Shown here: one piece after another, positions 26,869-37,800 of the stretch | Position numbering within the stretch: the first letter of the stretch is position 1 | Layout of the letters: each line of letters starts with the position of its first letter | Origin: Desulfobaccales bacterium | Lineage (GTDB): Bacteria; Desulfobacterota; Desulfobaccia; Desulfobaccales; 0-14-0-80-60-11 | DNA length: 64,000 bases | Assembly (NCBI GenBank): GCA_052326585.1 | Contig: JBKQLU010000044.1 | Span: forward strand, 92,682 to 156,681 | Direction of reading: 5' to 3' | Notes under the pieces: model-generated | Told to the model about the DNA's origin: nothing | Database searches by the model: none | Seen by the model: only the letters and a program-made list of their open reading frames with translations | Program-made: the position numbers and the translations under genes

Positions 26869-27546
26869 ATGAAGAAAGCGGGAATATTGCTAGCGGTCTT
26901 GCTGGTGGTGGTAGGGTTCGCGGCTCAGGCGAATGCAGCTATCATCATCAACCCTGCGAGCGGAGGCGAGCCGAATCTTTGGGACATCTCCACGGGTTGG
27001 GGCTTTACGGTTACCCAAACCCAATTGGAGAACGCCACCACCTCGGAAACCCTGCCCGCAGGCAGTTACACGGTCATTGATCTTGCCAGGTATGCGGGCA
27101 ACGACAACGACGGAGGCTTCTACACCGGAATCGGCAGTGTCCCGGCACACACCGCCACCTTGGCCTCCATCTCGGCCACGGCAGAGGTTGACCCGGACCC
27201 CAACGGCTATAATTCGGCGGTAAGCATTACGTTTAACCCAACCTCCACCTTCGGCTTTTATAACAAAGACATGAGCAACCTTATCCTGGGCACTACCCAG
27301 AACCAAAACGCGGGAAGCCAGTCCAATGGATATATCTTCAATCTAGCATCGATCAATCCCGCCTATGCCGGTGACTACCTGGTTGCCTTTGAGGATGGCG
27401 ATGGGCACCCGCCTTTAAACGACATGGACTACAACGACCTCGTGTTCGCGGTGCAGGTCAATGCCGTCCCGGTCCCTCCCTCTCTGCTCCTCTTCGGCTC
27501 CGGCCTCCTGGGGCTGACTGGCTGGAGGTGGTTCCGGAAAAGTTAA
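26869..27546 (+). CDS. PEP-CTERM-anchored secreted protein with DUF4114-like domain
   Basis: Signal peptide MKKAGILLAVLLVVVGFAAQANA, a DUF4114-like YLVAFEDGDGHPPLNDMDYNDLVFAV, and C-terminal VPVPPSLLLFGSGLLGLTGWRWFRKS (PEP-CTERM layout of motif, TM helix, basic tail). AGGAG SD. Confidence 0.8.
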   Translation: MKKAGILLAVLLVVVGFAAQANAAIIINPASGGEPNLWDISTGWGFTVTQTQLENATTSETLPAGSYTVIDLARYAGNDNDGGFYTGIGSVPAHTATLASISATAEVDPDPNGYNSAVSITFNPTSTFGFYNKDMSNLILGTTQNQNAGSQSNGYIFNLASINPAYAGDYLVAFEDGDGHPPLNDMDYNDLVFAVQVNAVPVPPSLLLFGSGLLGLTGWRWFRKS

Positions 27547-27572
27547 CCAGCCATCGTCTTCAGCAAACTCTA

Positions 27573-27602
27573 AGGCAGGGTCGGAAGGCTCTGCCTTTTT
27601 GG
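27573..27602 (+). terminator. Rho-independent terminator
   Basis: GGCAG-ggtcggaaggct-CTGCC followed by a T-run at 27596-27600 (ctgccttttt then gg). Confidence 0.6.
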
Positions 27603-27781
27603 TAGGCAACCTATAAAGCAAGATAGAGGAGCACTGGTCTGGACCAACTCTTTTTGCCGTGGCGGTAAAAATGCCAGGTAAAGTCTGAATATGGGTGGTT
27701 TTTGACTCTCTGCTAAGTCTCGAATCATAGCAGTACACTGCTGCTTATCAATTTCCTGATTAGACCAGTTGCCAAAGGTTA

Positions 27782-27967
27782 GAGGGCAACCGGGGCAGGT
27801 TACAGATGGGGGTTCTGGCCTATAACCTCCTGTCTAGGTTCAGGCAGTTCTCGGTTTGGGGTGAAAAAGTGGAACGGTCCATCGCCTGGCGTCTGATCAA
27901 ATTGAGGCCAGAGTTCTTACCAGGCCCGAAGATGATAGGTGCATGTGCCTCAGCCTTTCCCCTGTAG
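27782..27967 (+). pseudogene. DDE transposase C-terminal fragment (IS4/IS1380-like)
   Basis: Translation ...LQMGVLAYNLLSRFRQFSVWGEKVERSIAWRLIKLRPEF... resembles the conserved (L)AYNL...LR.KLIK C-terminus of IS4/IS1380-type transposases. There is no upstream catalytic region. Confidence 0.4.
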
Positions 27968-28298
27968 CGCCACCACCGAGCGCTGCTGGCCAAAGGATTC
28001 TTAGGTTTATGAACCATATGGCATCTGGTCGGCGAAGGATTTTTATGCTCTAAACTCTGGAGAAGATTGACTTTTCACCCAAATGTGCACTATCATCCAT
28101 TCCGCGAGAAAATTTGGCTTCGAGAAGGGGACTTTTAGGAAGATTTTACTTGCACAAAGAGGCTCCAAAACCTTGTTGGGACAGAAATGACTGGAGATGG
28201 GGCATAATCTCGCCTTAATAAACCTAAGGCCTTCGGCCTCAAGGAGGAGAACTTAACCTTGAATAAAAATAATTTAATTTTAATAATAACCATTACTT

Positions 28299-28904
28299 AT
28301 GAGAGATGGGGGTAAAATGAGCGAGGGAGGCGCCGGACAACCCATTATCATCGTCTCTGGGTTGCCGCGCTCAGGTACTTCTTTGATGATGCAGATGTTA
28401 AGCGCTGGCGGTGTGGAGATTTTATCCGATGGCAACCGCGAGGCTGATCCGGACAATCCTAAAGGATACTTTGAATACGAGCCAGTTAAATCGTTGCGGA
28501 GAGATAACTCATGGCTGAAGGCGGCGGGAGGGAAGGCATGTAAAGTCATCTCTGCCTTGCTTCCTTATCTCCATCCGGAATTGAACTATAAGATTATCTT
28601 GATGAAGCGTCCCATGGCAGAGGTGTTAGCCTCTCAGCGCCAGATGAGGCAGCGACAGGGAACAGGCAGAAGCACTGCCAGCGATGGGACCCTGGGAGAA
28701 CTGTTCTCCAGGCAGCTAGTGCAAACGGAACATTGGTTACAGAACCAACGGAATATGGCGATTCTGGTGATCCGGTATCGGGACGCGGTTTGGAAACCGG
28801 AGGTCACTGCCATTACTGTTGCTCGATTTATCGGTATTCCCTTGGATATTGACGCAATGGGTAAGGTGGTTGACCCTGCTTTATACCGTAATGTCGACCC
28901 TTGA
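28299..28904 (+). CDS. PAPS-dependent sulfotransferase family protein
   Basis: 5'-PSB loop IIIVSGLPRSGTSLMMQML. About 200 aa. The start may be the ATG at 28317 (MSEGG...). Confidence 0.7.
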   Translation: MRDGGKMSEGGAGQPIIIVSGLPRSGTSLMMQMLSAGGVEILSDGNREADPDNPKGYFEYEPVKSLRRDNSWLKAAGGKACKVISALLPYLHPELNYKIILMKRPMAEVLASQRQMRQRQGTGRSTASDGTLGELFSRQLVQTEHWLQNQRNMAILVIRYRDAVWKPEVTAITVARFIGIPLDIDAMGKVVDPALYRNVDP

Positions 28905-29057
28905 TTGGCCCGAGCGGCGATATTTGTGAAATTTTTTAAACAAGTATTGACTTTGCCCTGACAGAGCTAAGGACATAATCATATTTTTAAATATGGCATG
29001 AAAATTGGTCAATATAATTCGCAGGCGAAGTAACTGGTGCCAAAGGGGTAAGAGACA

Positions 29058-29651
29058 ATGAACAGCGGTTTTTGTATATGGCTGACTGGGCTGAGTGCCT
29101 CGGGAAAAACCACCATTGCTAAGCTGGTGAAAAATGCTCTTCTATCCAGAGGGTTAAAGGTAGAGGTCTTGGATGGAGATGTGATCCGAAGGAACCTTAG
29201 CGAAGGCTTGGGATTTAGCCGTGCTGACCGGGAAATCAATTTACGGCGGATAGCTTTTGTGGCAGAGCTTTTGGTGCGCCACGGAATAGTAGTGGTGGTT
29301 GCGGCGATCACGCCTTATCAATCTATCCGTGAAGAAGTGCGGAGTACCATCGGTGAATTCTTTGAGGTTTATCTCAATTGCCCTTTGGAAATTTGCATTC
29401 AACGTGATCCTAAGGGCCTTTACAAGAAGGCGCTATCAGGCGAAATTCGGAATTTTAGCGGGATAGGTGACGTATATGAAACGCCGAGGCATGCGGATAT
29501 TGAATTGAAGACGCATTTGGAAAGCGCGGAAAATTGTATGCATAAAATTATTAAAACCATAGAAATCCTTAATAAAATCCCTCCAAAGGAGGATGGTTTT
29601 TTGGAAAAAGACAGCGATTTTTTCGAAAAACGCCAAATCATTTTAGATTGA
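29058..29651 (+). CDS. cysC: Adenylyl-sulfate (APS) kinase
   Basis: IWLTGLSASGKTTIA P-loop, LDGDVIRRNLSEGLGFSRADREINLRRIAFVAELL, GLYKKALSGEIRNFSGI. Confidence 0.92.
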   Translation: MNSGFCIWLTGLSASGKTTIAKLVKNALLSRGLKVEVLDGDVIRRNLSEGLGFSRADREINLRRIAFVAELLVRHGIVVVVAAITPYQSIREEVRSTIGEFFEVYLNCPLEICIQRDPKGLYKKALSGEIRNFSGIGDVYETPRHADIELKTHLESAENCMHKIIKTIEILNKIPPKEDGFLEKDSDFFEKRQIILD

Positions 29652-29769
29652 GCATAAACGTTATTGATGTACGAATCACCTTGACCAACAGTTTCCCAGA
29701 TATGCTGCTCTTGCGGAGTTAGTTTGCAAATCACCCATTTTTAAAAAGGGTGGTTTAATTAGGTAAAGA

Positions 29770-31800
29770 ATGGACAAATTTCAGATCATCACCTTAACCC
29801 CGTCAGGCTTCCCCAATGCTACGATAGCCATTGCCGGCTGTCGAGCTGACGGATTGGGGGTGTTAGATTTGGAGTATTGCCCGCACGCCCAGGCAGCTAA
29901 TGAAGCCATCAAGTCCCTCGCCGGTAACACCAGGAGTTCCTTCGGCGTTAAGTTCGCTGGGAATGATGTGGAACTCATAGAAGAGATCACTTCTAGCCCC
30001 CCAGAAAATCTGGACGTTGTCATCATAGGACGCATCGACCTGGACCAATTAAAGCGGCTCGTAGAAACGCAAAGCTTTAAGGGCTTCAGAGTTTTGCTTG
30101 AATGCACGTCATTGTCCGAGGCTCGCCTTGGAGAAGAGGCAGGGGTTGCGGGAGTTATTGCCAAGGGGCATGAAGCAGGCGGGTGGGTAGCTCAGGAAAC
30201 CACCTTCATTTTACTCCAGCAATTTCTCCATAGCCTCTCCATTCCGGTTTGGGCCCAGGGAGGTATAGGTCAACATACGGCCAGTGCCTGTTTTGCTGCG
30301 GGAGCGGCCGGGGTGATTTTGGACAGCCAATTGACCCTCACCCGGGAGTCTCCCCTTCCCGAAGCTATTAAATCGAGAATTGCGAACTTTGATGGCAGTG
30401 AAACCATTTGTCTTGGAGAGACATTGGGAGTACCCTTCCGGGTCTGCTCACGCTTGGGAACTCCGTTGATCAAGGAGTTGCAAGAATTTGAAAAACAACT
30501 AACCCGCGAGGGAACCGCTACGAGCGAGGGCTTGGCCCAATTCCGCCGCGCCATCGCTTCCCAGGTAGATTGGCAATCTCCGGAAAATAACCTCGTTCTT
30601 TTCGGGCAGGATATTGGGTTCGCAGCTCCTTTGGCCCACAAGTTTGAGACCGTTGGAGGGATTTTAGCAGCCATTCGGCAAACCATCAAAGGCAACTGTC
30701 AGGCGGCGGCGACTAACCAGCCATTGGCCCAAGATTCTCCTTTGGCCCGGTCCCATGGTACCAGCTATCCAATCGTTCAGGGGCCCATGGCCCGGGTAAG
30801 TGATAATCCAGCCTTCGTGGCTGCGGTGGCCAAGGGAGGAGCTTTGCCGTTTGCGGCGGCGGCCTGGATGCAAGCCCCTGAATTAAAGACCTTGCTTCAT
30901 CAGACCAAAACTCTCTTAAAAGACCAGGCCTGGGGGGTTGGCTTGTTGGGATTTCTGCCCCAAGAGGTATATTCCGAGCAAATCAAGGTAATCCTCGAGT
31001 TTCGGCCTCGTTTTGCTTTGATCGCCGGCGGACAGACCTATCAAGTTAAGCAATTGGAACAGGCGGATATTGCAACCTACGTTCATATCCCTACGCCAGG
31101 ATTACTTCGGATGTTCTTGGCCGAAGGGTTGAGCAGATTTGTCTTTGAAGGTCGCGAGTCCGGCGGGCATGTGGGACCTTTCTGTAGCTTTGTGCTTTTT
31201 GAAACAGCGATTAATGTGCTCTTGGAATCACCCGCGGTTAACAAGGCACCGGAGAATTATCATATCTTGTTCGCCGGCGGCATCCATGATGACTTGTCTG
31301 CCGCAATGATCGGAGTCTTGGCTGGCCAATTGATTGAGCGGGGCATCAAGGTAGGCCTCCAAATGGGTACCGCGTATCTTTTCACCGAGGAAGCGGTGTC
31401 CAGTGGAGCCATCGTCCGGACTTTCCAGCAAGAAGCCCTGCAATGCAACTCCACCACCTTGCTAGTTTCAAGTCCTGGCCATGCTGATCGTGTCATCGAG
31501 ACCCCATTCGTCCAGGTTTTCAACCAGGAAAGATGCTTGCAATCTGCATCAGGTGCCACGGTGGAGGCAATGCGCAACTCCCTGGACCGCATCAAAATAG
31601 GGCGATTGCGAATTGCCACCAAGGGTATCGCCAGAAATCCTAACCATAAAGATAATCCGCAAACGCCGAAGTTTATCAACCTGAGCGAGAACAAACAGCG
31701 GGCGCAGGGGATCTACCTGATTGGACAACTGGCTGCCATGCGGAGCCAGGTTGGCACCATTGCTTCCTTGCATCATGACATTTCCACCCTTGGAACAGCT
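29770..31800 (+). other. Domain: two tandem nitronate-monooxygenase/PfaD-like TIM-barrel (enoyl reductase) modules
   Basis: The first module (aa ~1-300) is divergent, with GGW in place of GGH. The second (aa ~330-680) is canonical trans-ER/PfaD-like. Confidence 0.65.
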
Positions 31801-34800
31801 CGAATCGACCAAAGTTGGCAAGAATGCTCCGAAGCTTATGCGCCTAGCGAGGAATCAGAGCCAGCGGATGTCGCCATTATCGGCATGGCCTGTCTGCTGC
31901 CCCGGGCTTCCAACCTTCAGGCCTACTGGGAAAACATTCTTAATAAGGTTAATGCCATCAAGGAAATTCCTGCCGAGCGTTGGGATTGGCGCCCTTACTA
32001 TGACCAGGATCGGGCCACCCGAGACAAAATCTGTTCAAGGTGGGGCGCGTTCATAGATGATATTCCTTTTGATCCAACGGCCTATGGCATGCCCCCCAAT
32101 TCTCTTTCTTCCATTGAGCCTTTGCAGCTTCTGACCCTTGAAGTCACCAAATGGGCCTTGGCAGATGCGGGGTATGCAAAACGGCCATTCCGTCGTGACC
32201 GCACCTCCGTTGTCCTTGGGATTAGCGGGTCCGGGGAACTCGCCCAGCTTTACAGCCTCAGGACCGCATTGCCCCAATTCTTCGGGGACCGATCCCGGGA
32301 TATACTGACCCATTTCGATGGGGTCCTGCCAGAATGGACAGAGGACACCTTCCCGGGCATTTTGATGAATGTCGCGGCGGGGCGTATCGCCAATCGGTTC
32401 AATCTGGGGGGAGCCAATTGTACGGTAGATGCAGCCTGCGCATCATCCCTGGCCGCGGCTTACTGGGCGGTGAGGGAGCTGGAAGCCCGGGCCTGTGATA
32501 TGGCCATTGTGGGTGGTGCAGATTGCATGCAAAATCCCTTCACCTATATGTGTTTTTCAAAGACCCAGGCCCTGTCGCTTCAGGGAACCTGTAACTCGCT
32601 GGATGAAGGCGCAGATGGCATCGTGCTTGGTGAGGGAATCACCGTAATGATTTTCAAGCGTCTTGCTGATGCTGAGCGGGACGGCGATCGTATTTATGCG
32701 GTCATTAAGGGGGTGGGAGCTGCCAGCGACGGGAGGGAAAAGAGCCTTACCGCGCCCAATCGGGAAGGGCAGGTCCGGGCCCTTGAGCGGGCTTATGCCA
32801 AGGCTCGCGTATCTCCGGCCGCGGTGGGACTAATTGAAGCCCATGCAACCGGGACCACGGTGGGCGACCGCATTGAGATTGAGTCCCTCAGTAAAGTTTT
32901 CAAAGATGCCGGAGCCGGGAGCCGGGGTTGCGCCATTGGTTCAATCAAGTCGATGATCGGGCACACCAAATCTTCCGCCGGATTGGCGAGCCTCATCAAG
33001 ACCACCCTGGCATTGCATCATAAAGTTTTGCCGCCGACGCTGGGAGTGGCAAGGCCTAACTCCGTCCTCCTTCTCCCTGATACCCCCTTCTATGTCAATA
33101 CCGAGTCACGCCCCTGGCTGAATGCTACGGAGAATCAGCCTCGCAGGGCGGGAGTCAGCGCTTTCGGCTTTGGGGGTACCAATTTCCATGTGGTCCTGGA
33201 AGAATATACGAGGAATTATCTCGACCAGCAGGGCTGTGCATCATTCCAGGATTGGCCGGTTGAGCTGTTTTTCTGGGAAAGAGGCTCTCGTCAGGAATTG
33301 GTGGAAGCCCTCGCTGCTTTTGAAGAATCATTGCGCAGCGGAGTCAACTCATCCCTTGGCGATCTGGCTTTTATGCATTTTACGGATCAGAGAAGAGCGC
33401 CTGCCGGAACGGAAGCACCTTTACGCCTGGCTGTGGTTGCCTCTTGTCGCAAAGATTTGCAAGGCAAATTAGCCAAGGCCAAGGAATCTTTGTCGAATTT
33501 TGATTCAACCTTATGCGATCCAACGGGAATTTATTTTAATGAACGCCCGCTGGCGCCGGCAGGCAAGGTAGCCTTTCTTTTCCCCGGCCAGGGGTCTCAG
33601 TATATCAACATGTTGGCGGACCTTGCTATTCAATTCCCCGAAATCCGAGCCAGGTTCGAGCAAAGCGATCGTCTTCTGGCGGGAAGGTTTCCCAGGCCAA
33701 TGACCAGCTATGTATTCCCGCCTTCAGCTTTTACTGAGGAGGAAATTTCTTCCCAGAAAGAAGCCCTGGCAGATACCCTGGTATCCCAACCTGCGGTAGG
33801 AACCGCCGGCCTCGCCTTATTTCATTTCTTGCAATCCTTGGGAATCAAGCCGGAAATGGTGGCTGGTCATAGTTACGGGGAATATGTGGCCTTGAGTGCG
33901 GCCGGGGTACTGGACCCCGATGACCTGATCCTCCTTTCGGAGGCCAGGGCGCGTTTCATTGTCGATAGCGCCGGGCCGCATCCCGGGGCCATGGCGGCGA
34001 TCAACGCCAAGGTTGACACCGTTAGCGCTCACATAAAAGGACTGGAGGGAGTCTGGGTCGCCAATGTAAATGCGCCGGAGCAGACCGTTATTTCCGGAAC
34101 CCGACCAGGTGTAGATGCCGCCGTAGATATTTTTCGCAAGGAGAATATCCGGGCCCGGATTATTCCGGTGAGTTGCGCCTTTCATTCCCCGATCGTTTCC
34201 CCTGCCTGCCAGGCTCTTGAGGCGTACCTCTCTACCCTTAAGTTGGGCTCGCCCAGGTTAAGGATCTTTTCCAACAGCACGGCCGCCCCTTACCCGGTGG
34301 AGCCTGAAGCCATTGCCCATCAACTCGTGAAACACTTGGAAAGTCGGGTGGAGTTTGTCCAGGAAATTGCCGCCATGTACGAAGATGGAGCCCGCATCTT
34401 CTTGGAAGTCGGGCCGGGCCGGGTATTAACAGACCTTGTGGGGCAGATTTTAAACCACCGTCCCCATCTGGCAGTGGCTAGCAACCCGGCCGGGCGATCA
34501 GGACTGGTGAGTCTGCTGCACGCTGCAGCTCAATTGCTGGCACATGGTGTTTCCGTCAACTTGGAGAAGATTTTCCAAGGCAGATTTTTTAAAAAGGTTG
34601 AGGCCACAGCGCCTGACCAGGATCAGATGCGAACTTCCTCAACCTGGATGGTGAATGGCGCCAAGGCCAGGCCTTTCAAGGAATCCGCCGCCTCAAGTGG
34701 CGGGATCAGGATTACCCCATTTCATTTTGTAGATACTAAAGGAACGAGAGCAACAGCGGCAATCTCAACCTCGGGATCTTTAAGAGGGGAAGGTGGCCGT

Positions 34801-37800
34801 AAACCCGTAAGCCTGTCTGGTTCAGGCTGCGATGCCTTGCCGGCTTCATCGCAGGATGAGCCTCCAAATAATCAGCCGGATCAGGTCATGCTCCAGTATC
34901 AACGTCTTATGCAGCGTTTCCTGGAAGCCCAGAAGGCCGTAATGCTGAAGTATCTCGAGGTTGCTGGTCAGACGCCGGTTCATTTCCAGGAGGGCAACAC
35001 ATCCGTCGCTTCGGTTGCGTTTAAAGAGGCGGCGGTGCCGCCGCTCTTGGGGGGGGAATCTGATACCCGCGGGTTAAGCCAGCCAAAATCATCTGACGTG
35101 AAGCAGGCGCCAGTTCCGGGGGGGATAGAGATAACCGCGCCTATCCTGTCTTACAACCAGCCCACTGCCAATCAGGAAGAGTTGAGCTCGACTCTTCTTA
35201 AAATCGTGAGCGAGCGAACCGGTTATCCCCCGGAAATGCTGGGCCTGGATTTGAGCCTGGAAGCGGATTTGGGCATCGATTCCATAAAAAGGACGGAGAT
35301 CATAGGCCATTTTCTGCAGTGCATCTTCCCGCTGGAGGACGGTGGACCTCCCGAAGAATTGACGGAGTTGAGCCGGGTAAATAGTTTGGGCGAGATTATC
35401 GAGCAGGTTGCGGCCTGTCGCATAAATTCTAGCCTGAGCGCCGCCATAATCCCATCTCCAGCGCCGCCCGCTATTTCTTTAATATCTCCCACTTCCTCTC
35501 AGGCTCAGGAACTTTTGCCGCGCTTCACTTTGACGGCGGTGCCCGCACCGGTCCCCACCGGTTCCGTACGCCTGGCTCCCGGGCGACTGGTGCTGATTAC
35601 CGATGATGGCCGGGGTATTGCCGCAGCCCTGGGGGAAAAATTACGGCAATACGGCTTAAAGACTGCTTTAGTGCGATTGGCTGGTGGCAGAACCACTGAC
35701 ACGGAATACTGTCTTGCGGATATTTCATCAGCAAGTTTGGCAAGCCTCTTGGAGACTATGCGGCGAGAGCAGGGACCAATTGGCGCCTTGGTTCATCTGC
35801 TGCCCTTGAGACCTTGGACCTCTTATGATGAACTTGATCTGGCAGGCTGGCGGAGTCGCTTGCAAGAAGACATTGTCGCACTTTATCAGCTCCTGAAATT
35901 GACAGCCCCGGATCTCAAGGAGGCGGCAGGGGCGGGCGGCGCCTGGGTGGTGTCTGCTTCCGGCATGGGAGGATATTTCGCCAGCGATCCTCTGCAGCAA
36001 ACAGATTTTTTCCCTGGACAAGGCGGTGTCGCCGGTTTGTTGAAGACGGTGGCGATAGAATTACCTGAAGTCCGAGTGAGGTGTGTGGATCTAAGTTTGG
36101 ACGAAGGGAATGCCGTGCTGGCGGAGTGTCTTCTCTCGGAGATCGAGGCTGGAGACGAAATGCTGGAGATAGGGTATCGTCATGGACAACGCCTGACTTT
36201 AGGTCTGCAGGAGATGCCCCTCTCAGCTCGCCAGGGAAATGGACTTCAGGTTGATTCCTCTTCAATCATCCTGGCTACCGGCGGCGCCCGGGGAATAACC
36301 GCCGCAGTGACCCTGGAAATGGTACGCAAGTACCAACCAATTCTGTTATTAGCGGGGCGGGCGCCCTTACCCCCAGAAAATGAAGGGGCCGAGACTGCGG
36401 GCTTGACCCAGCCCCAAGAATTGAAAGCTAGTCTGGTTGAGAGCAGAAGGCGCCAGGGGCAATCCATCAACCTCCCGGAGGTGGAAGCAGCTTACCGCAA
36501 TCTTCTCAAGGAAAGGGAAATTCGAGGCAACCTTGCCGCCTTACGCGCCGCAGGCTCCCAGGTGGCGTATTTTCAAGTGGATGTCCGAGATCCAGTCGCC
36601 TTCGGAGACCTCCTGGATCACATTTATAGCCATTACAGCCGGCTGGATGGCGTTATCCATGGGGCTGGCATCATTGAAGACAAAATGCTCCAGGATAAAT
36701 CCCGGGACTCTTTTGACCGAGTCTTTGGAACCAAGACAGAGAGCGCCTTTATCCTCAGTCGAAAGCTAAACCCTGAAACCCTCAAATTTCTAGTGCTCTT
36801 CTCCTCTGTGGCTGGGCGCTTTGGGAGCCGCGGCCAGAGTGATTATACTGCTGCCAACGAAGTGTACAACAAACTGGCTGTATACCTGGACCGGAAGTGG
36901 CCCGGGAGGGTGCTGGCCATCAACTGGGGCCCCTGGAAAACCGCTGGCATGGCATCGGCTGAAGTGCAGCGGCAGTTTCAAGAACGGGGAGTGCAGTTGA
37001 TAGAACCGGCTGCCGGGGCCAGGTCTTTCGACCTGGAGCTGCATCGGGGCTGCAAAGGTGAAGGAGAAGTAGTGATCGGTGACGGTCCTTGGCGGCAGCA
37101 AGCCTTTTCGCACCCAATTGACGTTGGTATCGCCGCCTCCCTACCACTGTTGGAGCAGTTCACTACATACCAGAAGCTCAATGGGCAGCTTGAGATCGTC
37201 AGACGTTTAGATCCGGATCATGATCTTTACTTGATGGATCATCGCCTGGACTCCAAGCCGGTGTTACCCGCAGCCATGGCCATAGAATTGATGGCTGAGT
37301 CGGCCCAAAAAAACTTTCCTGAGTGGCAAGTGGTCGGTCTCAAAGATGTGCGAGTATATAAAGGGATCGTCTTGGTTGATGGCTTTTGCGATATCCATAT
37401 TCTCATAGGCACGCCTGGGGCCTGCCCCCAGTCGTCAGCAAAAATGGAACTCGAGGTTACTATTAAGGGGACCTCCCGGCCAGAGCCGATATTTTACCAG
37501 GGAACGGTGATAATGAGTCCGGGGCCTATTTCCCCGGAAGCACATCATTTACCATCGGCGGAAGAATTCCAGGATTTCGGGATAGCCGCGGCTGAAGCTT
37601 ACCGCAGATTTACATTCCACGGCCCGCGTTTCCAAGGTATCCGAAGCATCTTGGGGATCAGCGAGAAAGGGATGCTCGCCACGGTGGCGCCTTCTTCGCC
37701 CCAATCCTGCCTGGCCGGTAACCCCTCTGGTCCGTGGCTTATCGACCCGGTGGCGATTGATTGCGGCCTCCAGATGGCCCTGCTCTGGGGGCGGACTTAT

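Noticed and set aside
28259-28315. 18-codon AT-rich leader ORF (TTG start, MNKNNLILIITITYERWG) ending just before the sulfotransferase ATG at 28317
   Set aside because: It depends on a TTG start, and short ORFs are expected by chance in this AT-rich stretch. It cannot be supported without conservation or ribosome profiling data.
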